From: Octopus bimaculoides
Taxonomy: Eukaryota
Direction of reading: 5' to 3'
DNA: 39,019 nucleotides
NCBI RefSeq assembly: GCF_001194135.2
Contig: NC_069000.1
Coordinates: 30,086,485 to 30,125,503, forward strand
Under the pieces are notes generated by a model. It was not told where the DNA came from and made no database searches. It was given only the letters and a program-made list of their open reading frames with translations. A program made the translations under genes and the position numbers. Numbering within the stretch: position 1 is the first letter of the stretch; each line of letters starts with the position of its first letter. Positions 12,377 through 23,822 of the stretch are shown here, one piece after another.

Positions 12377-12497
12377 TAACGNNNNNNNNNNNNNNNNNNN
12401 NNNNNNNNNNNNNNNNNNNNNNNNNNNNNNNNNNNNNNNNNNNNNNNTCTGAGAGTCGGTTGTCAGATAGAGTCAGTTCTTCAACATGTTCAATGTT
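12377..12497 (-). CDS. LRRC74: Internal exon interrupted by the N gap 12382-12447: NIEHVEELTLSDNRLS...(T)L
   Basis: Acceptor ttttacactttcag|AAC at 12497; 50 nt of LRR-coding sequence before the gap; after the gap CGTTA|gtaagt gives a phase-0 donor matching the next exon. Confidence 0.8.
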
Positions 12498-12623
12498 CTG
12501 AAAGTGTAAAATCCAATTATAAAATAAGTATTGATTTATCACATTGACACATATTGACAAATTTATAAGGGACAGAAGATATTTGATTGAGTTTAACTCC
12601 TTCACTCCCAGCTCTGAATATTA

Positions 12624-12840
12624 CTGGTTTCAAATTTTGGTACAAGGCCATCGACCTCAGGGTGGGGGTAAGTTGATGTAATCAACCCCAGTACTCAACT
12701 GGTACTTATTTTATCAACCCCCAAAGGATGAAAAGCAAAGTTGACCTCAGCAGAATTTGAACTCAGAATGTAAAGACAGACAAAATATCACTAAGCATTT
12801 CCCCCAGCAGGCTAACAGTTTTGCCAGCTCACTGCCTTAT
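12624..12840 (-). mobile_element. SINE family A copy
   Basis: Aligns to 12081-12312; flanking AGCTCTG(A/T)ATATTA duplication (13 of 14). Confidence 0.8.
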
Positions 12841-13404
12841 AGCTCTGTATATTATTAATACTTATTTAATTCATGTCAAACATGGTGTAGAAAACAAAGT
12901 CTATCATAATAAGATTTGAAATCAGAAGATAATCATGAGTGTGGTTGTGCAGTCAAGAAGTTCATTTTGCAACCAAATAGGTCCAGATTCAGTCCCACTG
13001 TGTGGCATCTTGGACCATGTGTTCCCTATCCTTGACCTGAGCAATGCTTTGTGAGTGAAATTGGTAGAAACCCATGATGTGTGTGTGTGAGTGATAGTGT
13101 GGAATAATGAGAATGCTTGCCCAACACTGCATTTGATGGATAAATATTTTTTATTTATGAATTAACACTGCTAGCAGTGGTTTCCACATGAAACCATTGG
13201 TAGCACCATTAATCCACAAATAAAGAGTGCATATGTATCTGTTTATGGGTTAAGGCTACCATTGGTTTTATGTTAAGAGAGAAATCCCTTAACAATTATC
13301 AAGCCTGCCTCATAGAGCATAATTGCTCAACTCCATCTTGGAAGGTAAGTATGAGAGTCTGCATATGGTGAGTTTGAACGTAAAACAATAATACTTTCTA
13401 CTGG

Positions 13405-13606
13405 AGGCACAAGGCCTGAAATTTGGGGGAAGGGATTAAGTCGATTACATTGATTCCAGTGCATAACTGGTATTTATTTAATTGACCCTGAAAGGAAGAA
13501 AGGCAAAGTCACCCTTGGTGGAATTTGAACTCAGAATGTAGCAATGGATGAAATGCCACTAAGCATTTTGCCCAGCATGCTGACGATTTTGCCAGCTCGC
13601 CACCTT
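13405..13606 (-). mobile_element. SINE family A copy (fragments also at about 60-120, 6230-6335 and 35010-35150)
   Basis: Same head and body (GGAATTTGAACTCAGAATGTAGC, GAAAGGCAAAGTC on plus strand). Confidence 0.8.
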
Positions 13607-13607
13607 A

Positions 13608-13654
<47 letters not shown>

Positions 13655-14902
13655 CATGTAGTGGCTCTCATGGCATCTAATCTTAAATGATTGGCAGTGT
13701 TAACATGTACATGTTTTGTCTTGATGAAAAAGAAGAGCTACAGCAAATTTTCTGCTCAGTACCACAGATTTGCTTGTCATTTGCTTGACCTTAACCAGTC
13801 AAACATATCTCTTGGTGGCTGACAATATGTGCATCTCTCATCATGAGCAAGTGTAGTGGAGGGGCGTCATAGCCATGTGTTGAGCGGGATTCTTTGGGGT
13901 TGGAATAATTCACCCCTAGAAACATGGGTGTCACAGATCAATATATGTAAAACTTGCAAAACACCAACCAAATGGTTCTAAACATGCAAGAATAGAATGA
14001 AATAATGAAAACAAGATTTTCTAATGGTAATTAAGGTGTTTCTGATCCCACAATGAGTTTCTGAATGCATGGAACAAGAATGGTGGACCTTGATTGTTTG
14101 ATGATGACAATTCAGTTTTTCAATCAGTTGAATTACTTGATCCTGAATAAGTGTATAACTGGCTGACCATTCCACAGACAAGAGTGTTCTTATGTTGTTC
14201 TCAAGCAAATGCAATGTGACAGTGTGTGACAAGGCTGTTTCTTTTGCAATGCTGGTACAATCCATCCGGTGGGTTTCTATATGGTTTGTGACTTCTTAAT
14301 TTCATTCACAAGGACAGGGCAGTCTAAGGCTAAAGAAAACATTTGCTCAAGGTGTCAGGCAGAAAGATTGAACCCGAGACCTCATAGCTGCAAAGTGAAC
14401 TTCTAAACAATTTGACTATACTGTGCAATGAAGACAGTCGGTGTAAAGATTTGATGTGACCAGTCAAAGGGATGCCAAGTGATGAAGAACCACATTACAC
14501 AAGACATCCAGCCAAGTACGACTACTACGACTACTTCTTCCACTCTGAGCAAGTTGGCTTGCTGGCTTGGCCTGTAGTTTCCTAACTGTTGACATGACTG
14601 TTGGAGCTGTGTTGGTGTCAGGAGGTCGCATTTTGCAACAAAGTATATGTATGTATATATATGTATATGTGTATATTTAATGAAAATACAGCACATAGTA
14701 AATATAATGGTGCTATTGGTAATGTTTTGGTATCCCAAGCAGATAAAAGATATACACATGTAAGAACAGAATGAAATATGAAAGCTAAGTTCTTCTTATA
14801 GCAATTGAGGTGCTTCTGGTTGACTGTAGACGTCTGAAAAAATGGGGGAAAAGTATTGCTAGTTTAACGTGTATGTGTATGTATATATATATATATATAC
14901 AT

Positions 14903-14945
<43 letters not shown>

Positions 14946-15034
14946 CTCACACTAACACATACGCATGCATATAACATTAAAATAAAAGGACAGAATGTAA
15001 AGATAGGGGCAAAACCTGACACAAAATATTGAAT

Positions 15035-15085
15035 CCTAACCCTAACCCTAACCCTAACCCTAACCATTAACCCTAAACCTTAACT
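15035..15085 (+). repeat. Interstitial telomere-type (CCTAAC)5 array, then degenerate units
   Basis: Five perfect units at 15035-15064, followed by CATTAACCCTAAACCTTAAC. Confidence 0.85.
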
Positions 15086-16299
15086 CTGAATCTTAATCGT
15101 AATCAACATTACCCCAAAATCTTGACCCATCAATTATTAAAGTACAACTAAAGGGACAACACCACTTGCTCACTCTTTCTCACTCCCAGATGAAGAGAAA
15201 TGGATCCTGATGCAAGAAATATTTTTCAGAGCTAATGAACCAATTCAACTTTTCTGTGACCTCCCCTATTGATCTCAAGTTCACTTCCCAACAACATACT
15301 TCTGGGCTCAGTCTCACTGTTTTTAACTATAGCCTCAGGCTGATTAAAGCTTTGTGACTGGATTTGGTAGAGAAAAACTGAAGGAAGCCTGTAATGTAAG
15401 TACTAATGTATGTATCTTTGTATGTCATTCTATAGAGAAAGAACTGGTTCCTAATCTAGATCCGAGGCTTTTTCATTGGAATTTCAGCATCAACAACAGG
15501 GTATTTTTGTTATCTTGGGCAAGTATCTTCTACTAGAGCCTCAAGCCAGCCAAAGCCTTATGAATGGATTTGGTAGATGGAAACTGAGAAAAGCCCATTC
15601 TATATATGTATATATATATCTATCTTTGTGTGCATCTTTGTATCTGTGTTTGTCCCCCCCCCCCGTCACCACTTGATAAACGGTGTTGGTGTGTTTATGT
15701 CACTAGTAGTGTAGCAGTTCAGCAAGAGAGACCAATAGAATAAATATTAGGCTTAAAAAATAAATCCTGGGGTTGATTTGTTTGACTAAAACTCTTCAAG
15801 GCAGTGCTCCAGTATGGCTGCAATCAAAATGATTGAAGCAAGTAAAAGAATAAAAGAAAAAATGNNNNNNNNNNNNNNNNNNNNNNNNNNNNNNNNNNNN
15901 NNNNNNNNNNNNNNNNNNNNNNNNNNNNNNNNNNNNNNNNNNNNNNNNNNNNNNNNNNNNNNNNNNNNNNNNNNNNNNNNNNNNNNNNNNNNNNNNNNNN
16001 NNNNNNNNNNNNNNNNNNNNNNNNNNNNNNNNNNNNNNNNNNNNNNNNNNNNNNNNNNNNNNNNNNNNNNNNNNNNNNNNNNNNNNNNNNNNNNNNNNNN
16101 NNNNNNNNNNNNNNNNNNNNNNNNNNNNNNNNNNNNNNTATATATATATATATATGTATGTATGTTTGTATGTATTTATGTATGTATTTATGTATGTATG
16201 TATGTATGTGTGTGTGTATGTATGTGTGTGTGTATGTATGTGTGTGTATGTATGTGTGTGTGTATGTATGTGTGTGTGTATGTATGTGTGTGTGTATGT

Positions 16300-16695
16300 A
16301 TATATGTAGTCATGGCTGTTGCCAGTGTCACATTACAGGCAGCCATGCTGGTGACATGTAAAAAATACCCATCAAATGTTGGGCTTCACAGTGAAGATAA
16401 GTGACCGAGACCTTTGGCAATATGCTGTGCTTGAGAAGACTCATCAAGCCAAGTGAAAGCCTAGTTGTGGCCGATACCAGTGTCATGTAAATGGCACCCA
16501 TGCTGGTGGCATGTAAAAAGTACTCATTACACTCTTGGAGTGGTTGGCATTAGGAAGAGCATCCAGCCGTAGAAACTATGTCAAATGAGATTGGAACCTG
16601 GTGCCGCTCTCCAGCTTACCAGCTTCAGTCAAACTGTCTAACCCATGCCAGCATGGAAACAGATGCTAACTGATGATGACGATGATGATGATGTG
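16300..16695 (+). mobile_element. Retroposon 3' end (family C) with (GAT)n tail; further copies at about 28665-28955 (+) and 7780-8030 (-)
   Basis: Shared GTGGTTGGC(A/G)TTAGGAAG(A/G)GCATCCAGCC..AAACTGTC(T/C)AACCATGCCAGCATGG..(GAT)n in three locations. Confidence 0.78.
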
Positions 16696-16868
16696 TACAC
16701 ACACACACACACACACACACAGAGTAAATGAAAGATGGAAGATGGAATATTCGAGAATGTTTATTATTAATCACAAATTAAGTTTAACTTAACCTCTTCA
16801 TTCTTATTCACACCAAATAGCTATTCGACTATATTTATATGTATTATTTTATAAAGCTTCAAAGACAT

Positions 16869-16906
16869 CTGTCTGATGAATGGGAATGTGAAACTCCGAG
16901 TAACAG
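16869..16906 (+). ncRNA. Minimal type I hammerhead ribozyme motif at the head of a short dispersed repeat (16869-16977, runs into gap)
   Basis: CTGT | CTGATGA | ATG GGAA TGT | GAAA | CTC C GAG | TA | ACAG: complete catalytic core, stem I CUGU/ACAG, stem II with GGAA tetraloop, palindromic stem III, GUA cleavage triplet. Activity untested. Confidence 0.72.
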
Positions 16907-17764
16907 TTTTTGTGATGCCTTTGCAGCTTTATTAATAAAGCATATTACTCTACCTCTGGTATTCGAGTACTATTTTTNNNNNNNNNNNNNNNNNNNNNNN
17001 NNNNNNNNNNNNNNNNNNNNNNNNNNNNNNNNNNNNNNNNNNNNNNNNNNNNNNNNNNNNNNNNNNNNNNNNNNNNNNNNNNNNNNNNNNNNNNNNNNNN
17101 NNNNNNNNNNNNNNNNNNNNNNNNNNNNNNNNNNNNNNNNNNNNNNNNNNNNNNNNNNNNNNNNNNNNNNNNNNNNNNNNNNNNNNNNNNNNNNNNNNNN
17201 NNNNNNNNNNNNNNNNNNNNNNNNNNNNNNNNNNNNNNNNNNNNNNNNNNNNNNNNNNNNNNNNNNNNNNNNNNNNNNNNNNNNNNNNNNNNNNNNNNNN
17301 NNNNNNNNNNNNNNNNNNNNNNNNNNNNNNNNNNNNNNNNNNNNNNNNNNNNNNNNNNNNNNNNNNNNNNNNNNNNNNNNNNNNNNNNNNNNNNNNNNNN
17401 NNNNNNNNNNNNNNNNNNNNNNNNNNNNNNNNNNNNNNNNNNNNNNNNNNNNNNNNNNNNNNNNNNNNNNNNNNNNNNNNNNNNNNNNNNNNNNNNNNNN
17501 NNNNNNNNNNNNNNNNNNNNNNNNNNNNNNNNNNNNNNNNNNNNNNNNNNNNNNNNNNNNNNNNNNNNNNNNNNNNNNNNNNNNNNNNNNNNNNNNNNNN
17601 NNNNNNNNNNNNNNNNNNNNNNNNNNNNNNNNNNNNNNNNNNNNNNNNNNNNNNCACCACCACCACCACCACCACCACCACCACCACCACCACCACCATC
17701 ATCATCAGCATCATCATCATCAGCATCATCATCATCATCATCATCATCATCATTATGATTATTG

Positions 17765-18215
17765 AGTGAGAGAGCAGTGCATGCCATCAAAATGACACTG
17801 GGGTACAAACATATGAAGCCCAGTATACCCATCATGGCCACCTGTCTGATAAGGGTACACCAGGCACATGCATCACAACTATATGTGTGCAACATGGTGA
17901 TCTTATATCAAGATAAACAGTGTATGACCTTGCAGGTGGGACCCAGTTAGAATTTTCTTCAGGTTGACTAGCCCATCCTGCTCAAAAGGTCCCTGAATAA
18001 AGTTTGTTTAAGGATGATGAACAAAACTTCCATGTTTCCAGAGGCGAATTATTCAAACCCCAAAGAATTCCTTTCAACACATGGCTATAATGCTCCCCAC
18101 TACTTCTGCTCGTGATCAGAGATGCAATATCATCAGCCACTAAGACATGTTTGATTGGTTAAGATTAAGCAACTGACAAGCAATACTTCCAATCAGTTAA
18201 GATCAAAAGCCATGA
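17765..18215 (+). repeat. Dispersed repeat (family G); inverted copy at about 13640-13930
   Basis: CAAAGAAT..CAACACATGGCTAT..GAGATGCA..TCAGCCAC..GTTTGA(T/C)TGGTTAAG..AAGCAA(C/A)TGACAAGC present in both places. Confidence 0.7.
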
Positions 18216-18243
18216 AACCACTGCCTGGTACTACATCAGGGCA

Positions 18244-18536
18244 TTTATTTTTATTTTTATTTTTATTTTTATTTTTATTATTATTATTATTATTATTGTT
18301 CAGTAGTTTTATTTTTATAACGTGCTTTCACTTCACTACCGAGCGCAGCTCTGTGCGCCTTGGGTATGTGCTGTGGTTTGCTGTGGTGCTCTTATGTTTA
18401 CTGTATTGAAAGTGTTTTGCGTAGAATGTGTGCAGTACCCAGTAGTGCAATTTTCTGTATGTTATATATATTTGTAAGTCCTGGTGTTTTTGTTATGTTT
18501 TTGTCTGAATATTTTTTTATTATACCTAAGGCACTA

Positions 18537-18540
<4 letters not shown>
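18244..18540 (-). mobile_element. 3' fragment of an RLE-type non-LTR retrotransposon (R4/Dong-like) embedded in (AAT)n
   Basis: SALGIIKKYSDKNITKTPGLTNIYNIQKIALLGTAHILRKTLSIQ* (typical C-terminus of RLE LINEs), about 100-nt 3' UTR, then (TAA)n tail; (AAT)n also at the 5' junction. Confidence 0.75.
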
Positions 18541-18572
<32 letters not shown>

Positions 18573-20117
18573 ATAATAATTATTATTATTGTTGTTGTTG
18601 TTGTTGCTGTTGTTGTTGTTGTTGTTGTTGTTGCTGTTGTTGTTGTTGTTGTTGTTGCAATTTGTAATGTTGTTAGTGTTGTGTCCATTATTGTTGCGCT
18701 GTTATAGTCTTGTAGTTTGTGTAGAAAGTGAGCATTTGTGCCAATATTAACCAAACAGACCAGTTTATGGAAAAATTAAATCCTTATGCTATTGGAACTG
18801 TAGTGAATTGCAAAAAAAAAAAAAAAAAAAAAGAATTGAACTACATTCATGGAATTTCAGTGCTACAAAACCATGGCCATGGATTTCCCCATTTGTCCAA
18901 TTAATTTTCAACAAGTCAATGATTAGTATGATGCTGTATCTATAGGTATTCCTAATTGCAGATAGCAGTAATGCAGCAGCCTGAGAGTGGCTACACACTC
19001 CTAGTCAGGGGCACCCTGATCCCTTCTAGGTGGTAGCTTCTCATCTCTTTAAACTATTTTTCATGTTGTATTAAACTTTTAGCCCCTCCCACTGTTTATT
19101 GCTGTCATGGGCAAATCATAGCCTGTTAAACTTTCTGAATGGTAGTCCTAATGAAAAATCACTTGGAATTTTTTTTAGTGGTGTAGCCCATCTGGTGATG
19201 AGTCATTTCTCATTAAGCCTGCTGCTCAAGAAATGTTGCCTGTGCCTGGTTTAAAGTTATGTGCACCTCACTCACTGTTATGTTTTGTAAATCTTCTGCA
19301 TAATATGCTTGTATTATACTTAAAACTCTTGTGATCAATAAAGAAACCATTTATTCTTATTCTTATGAATCTCACATATCCAAAATATATCAACCATTCT
19401 TCCCACAAAGTCACTTCCATTTTAATAATTTCTTAAAATACAAATCAATAATAAAACTGTTTTAAACTGAAATAGTATTAATGCTTTCTTAGATCTTTCA
19501 TTTCTTTCTCTTTCTCTTCTTTTCTCTCTCTTTGTATTTCACTTAGAGACATACACATATAGGTACAAGAATGTTCTGTGTGGTTAAAATGATCACTTTT
19601 CAACCTTGTGGTTCTTGGTTTAGTCCCATTGTGCACCACCTCAGATAAGTGTCTTATTCTGTAGCCCCAAGCTGACCAGTGACATAAGAAGGAATTCTGT
19701 CAAGAGAGACTTGTATATGTATGTATGTATGTATGTGTTGTAGTGGAAATGGTACACCTATCCTACAGGACAAATGGTATGAAGCAGCCACTATTAAGTG
19801 AGATGACATCAGCCAGTACAGGGGAGTCATTGTAGAGTCATTGTAGAGTCATTGTATGAGTTCTCAGTTGGAGTTCAGTATCAGTTATGTGTTATTGTCA
19901 AGTTCGAGTCACAGTCAAGGTAGATGGTTCAAATTTGGTGTCTTGCAGAGCTATCAGTGATAGCACAATAGACAAAGTGGTGTATTACCATTCCGGAATA
20001 CAAGAGATACACTGTATCCAATATCAAGAAAATATCATGGCTACTAGAGTAGATACAACATCTACAGTCACAACAGTGGTCATACATTATAACTGAGGAA
20101 AACACCACATCATAACA

Positions 20118-20153
<36 letters not shown>

Positions 20154-20392
20154 ATGCATGCATGTATAAATGCACATTAATATTCATATATTCTGTGCAT
20201 ATCACACTTTATGTTGACATTATAACCAATCAGTCTGCACTTTTGAAAACCTGCAGAATAAAGGTATCCCTTAAGTTGAGGAACAGGTAACAGCTGGCCT
20301 CAGGAAGACCTCTGGCAGTAAAATCCTGCCCTAAATAAAATTCTGTCAAGAGACATGCTAGGATGGTAAAAAAAATGATTGTTAAGTTATTA

Positions 20393-20424
<32 letters not shown>

Positions 20425-21206
20425 NNNNNNNNNNNNNNNNNNNNNNNNNNNNNAGATATAGATATATATATATATATATTAAAGGTGTGTGCAATTAGCT
20501 AGTACTGATGAGCAGAAGTTGTTATAGTAGTGGTAGCATAGATGGAGTGAAAAAACAAGTGTGTTTTCATCTCAGTTGGTGACTGATGTTCTTCATAGAA
20601 CTTTTTTGTTTGCGATACAATTTTTTTTAGCTTAAAGAGTGAAAGAAAAGAGAGAAGAGACACAGACATGGAGAAAATCTCAAAAAAAAAAAGATTATTT
20701 AGATGTTAATCTTCATTGTAGTAATCATCATCATCATCACCATCACCACTATCATCAACATCTTCGTAATTGTCATTGATGTCATTGTCATCATAGGCGG
20801 TGGCATTGTCGTCGTTGTAAATGCTGCTGCCACCATCGTCATTGTCATTGTCGTTGTCGTCATCGTCGTTGTCGTCGTCATCATCATCATAAATATATAT
20901 TATACAAGATCATATTATACACACACATGCATGTCATAATCTTCATTGTTTTAACATCTATTTCTCATACTTGTATGGGTAAAATGGAATTCGTAGTGAA
21001 CGATTTTTTTGTATAGCCAGAGCCTACAAACTGCTTTGAGACACAAGGCATGTTATAAAAACCTGCTTAGATCTATGTCTCCAATGCTAGAGACTATTAG
21101 TAGCTCATATCTTTATACTGTGTACGTTAAATGGCACAAGCATAGCTCCCCCCCACACAGACACTAATTCTATATAGTCATGTATTATATTTCTGGTTAT
21201 GGCATA

Positions 21207-22070
21207 CATGGTCTGATAATAAGAATCCAGACTGTTGCCATAGTAATGAAGCTAAAGCATGCAGAGTAAAGCCACTTGACACAGATTGACCTTGAACTCT
21301 GCTATGCATGTGCACTAACTTTTAACATTCTAGCTCACTTCCGCTGCTTACAGCAGTGAAGGAAGGTGTGTAGCATGTGATCGTTGCATTGACCATGATA
21401 AAGTTGAGCAGAGGATCTGCATCAAATTTTGCCAAAAGCATGGCATTACCTGCCCAGAGCGCTATGCAAAGTTTTCAAAAAATTTCATCATTCTCAACAC
21501 AATCAGGGAGATCTTGTGCAACTGAAACCCAAGTGTCTTTCTGGTCAGCTGAAAGCAATTTTAGCACAAACTTGGCAGACACGTATCTCATACCCAAACC
21601 TTCAGTGATAATGGACTGAACTGAACCGTAACTAATCTGCACATCCTCTGATAATTCATGGATGGTGATTCAACGATTTCCCCTCACAGCTGCCTGCACA
21701 TCTGCAGTGTTTTTCTCAGTTCTGCTGGTTGTGGGTCTCTCAGAACGTTTGTCAATATTGACATTTTTTTGGCCATCTTGGAAATATCCAAACAACTCAT
21801 ACACTTGTGTGCAGCTCATAAACTTCTCTCCAAACACGTTCTGCGTTTTTGTGTAGGCCTCTGAACATGTATTGCCATGACAACTTACTCTGTCATGGTC
21901 AATGCGATGACCACATGCTATAGACCTTCCTTCCAAGCACTGCTGTAAACAGCTGAAGTAAGCTATAACATTAAAACTTAGTGCACATACACAACAGAGT
22001 TCAAGGTCAATCTGTGTCAAGCAGCTTCATTACTATTGCAGCAGTCCGGATACTTATTGATCAGAGCTCA
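21207..22070 (-). mobile_element. Non-autonomous mariner element with long inverted arms; transposase HTH remnant on minus strand
   Basis: TA-flanked TIRs (..GTCTGATAATAAGAATCCAGACTGTTGC / GCAGCAGTCCGGATACTTATTGATCAGA..); internal remnant ..RSERPTTSRTEKN..VRGNR*ITIHELSEDVQISYGSVQSII..GMRYVSAKFV.. Confidence 0.85.
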
Positions 22071-22344
22071 TATAATCAGTAAGAAAGATACCATTGGTTT
22101 CTTGTCTATTATTGCACTTGGCAAAACAGACAACTCATCAGACATGCTGAAGAGTCAAAGTAGAGGTGTTGGGATGCATACTCAGAAATATGTTGGAGCA
22201 GTGAGAACCCCTTTAAGGTCAGGCTAAATAACCATAGGTCCCCTTTTAGGATTCAAGAGTGGTGTAACATCACAACATTAGCTAGCTATATATGGCTAAT
22301 AAAAGAAAGAATGCCAAACAGAATTAACTGAAAGATGTCTATAG

Positions 22345-22760
22345 GCATAGGAGTGGCTGTGTGGTAAGTAGCTTGCTTACGAACCACATGGTTCCGGGTT
22401 CAGTCTCACTGCATGGCACTTTGGGCAAGTGTCTTCTACTATAGCCTTGGGCTGACCAAAGCCTTGTGAGTGGACTTGGTAGATGGAAACTGAAAGAAGC
22501 CCGTCGTATATATGTATACATATGTATGTGTGTGTATATGCTTGTGTGTCTGTGTTTGTTCCCCCAACATCGCTTGACGACTGATGCTGGTGTGTTTACG
22601 TCCCTGTAAATTAGCGGTTAGGCAAAAGAGACCGATAGAATAAGTACTTGATTTACAAAGAATAAGTCCTGGGGTCGATTTGCTCGACTACAAAGGCAGT
22701 GCTCCAGCATGGCCACAGTCACATGACTGAAACAAGTAAAAGAGTAAAGAGTAAAGAGTA
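22345..22760 (+). mobile_element. tRNA-derived SINE (family B) with internal (TA/TG)n and AAGAGTA tail repeats
   Basis: GGAGTGGCTGTGTGGTAAG (A box) and GGGTTCAGTCTC (B box-like); closely matches 33325-33742 (minus); partial copies at about 9600-9780, 12945-13080, 15300-15860, 19560-19690, 25800-25960 and 32250-32360. Confidence 0.85.
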
Positions 22761-23490
22761 AACAATCTGAGCCAACCTCAATAGAAGGAGACGATACAAA
22801 CTTTACTTAGACAAGTGGATAATAATCTTATTAGATTCCCAGAATTTAGGTGCCTTCTTGAACTCAAAAAGTGATATTTTTAGCTACTATCCTCATGGCA
22901 AAAAATTTGTTTTGAGACATAGTCTTCCCCTTTGTTCACTAGAGAATGGAAAAAATGTGTGCAAGTACAGCCGACCCTATTTTGCCATGGTTGTAATCGT
23001 ACAAGGGGAGGCAACCCTTCTTTCCCTCTCGAGATATTTTTTTTACATTTTGATCTTGTACAAACTGATCAAGATTCTATATCTACTTCCAGTGTTAAAG
23101 AGTCCATGTGCTTCCAGCTCGCATTCATGATGAGTTGTCTGTACTGCCAAGTGCAATTGTAGATGGGAAACCAATGGTAACTTTCTGTCCAGTTGTATGC
23201 CATAACCAGGAATATACTACTCAGTTATATAAAGATATAACTGCTCCTAATTTCAATCACATCACTCTCTATGAAAAAGATACTATAGAAAATGTGATCC
23301 TGGGTTTTATCACACGTAAGAATAAGTTGGAATGATCATGGCTGGAATGTCCCTGATTACATGTTTGTTTGAGTAGCATTTACCTGAGTCTAAACAACAA
23401 GATTGTCACATCACCACACTGCTCCTCACCACAATACTCACCAGAATACCACAGAATAATGGACTCAGGCCAATGAGAAATTCTCTACGT

Positions 23491-23822
23491 TAGTGGTTCT
23501 CAGCTGGGGTCCATATGACCGCAGGAATATTGGGGGTACACAGTAGTCTCTCAAAGGTCCGTGGAAAAATTTTGACCTAGATTTATTTATTGTAAGAAAC
23601 AACAATTCCCCAAATTTTTTCATAGTTTAACCTATTTCTGGTCACTGAAACATGTTCTGTCAGTGTGTACTATTACAAACCTACACAAGTGAACATGTGA
23701 AAAACTAAACAGGGATTTTGAAAGCAGTATCAATAAAAGTACTTTTTAACCTTTGAATGGCTATGGGGTCCACAAGAATAAAATAGTAATCAAAGGGGGT
23801 ATAAAATGGTTGAGAACCACTA
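23491..23822. mobile_element. hAT-family MITE, 332 bp
   Basis: TIRs TAGTGGTTCTCA / TGAGAACCACTA; 8-bp TSD CTCTACGT / CTCTACAT (7 of 8). Confidence 0.85.

Noticed and set aside
14640-14833. Strong minus-strand acceptor (ttttcccccatttttcag) at 14833; similar acceptor-like tracts near 20631 and 22940
   Set aside because: No convincing donor downstream and no frame giving family-like sequence.
18856-18900. Minus-strand KLIGQMGKSMAMVL, vaguely like the GLGP.G.KAIAIAL segment expected in the missing exon
   Set aside because: Bounded by in-frame TGA and TAG with no usable acceptor AG or donor; probably chance.
19824-19856. GAGTCATTGTA x3 direct repeat; also the CTACATTGAAAGT repeats at about 5330-5500
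   Set aside because: Spacerless or irregular local tandem duplications; not CRISPR-like and no further structure.
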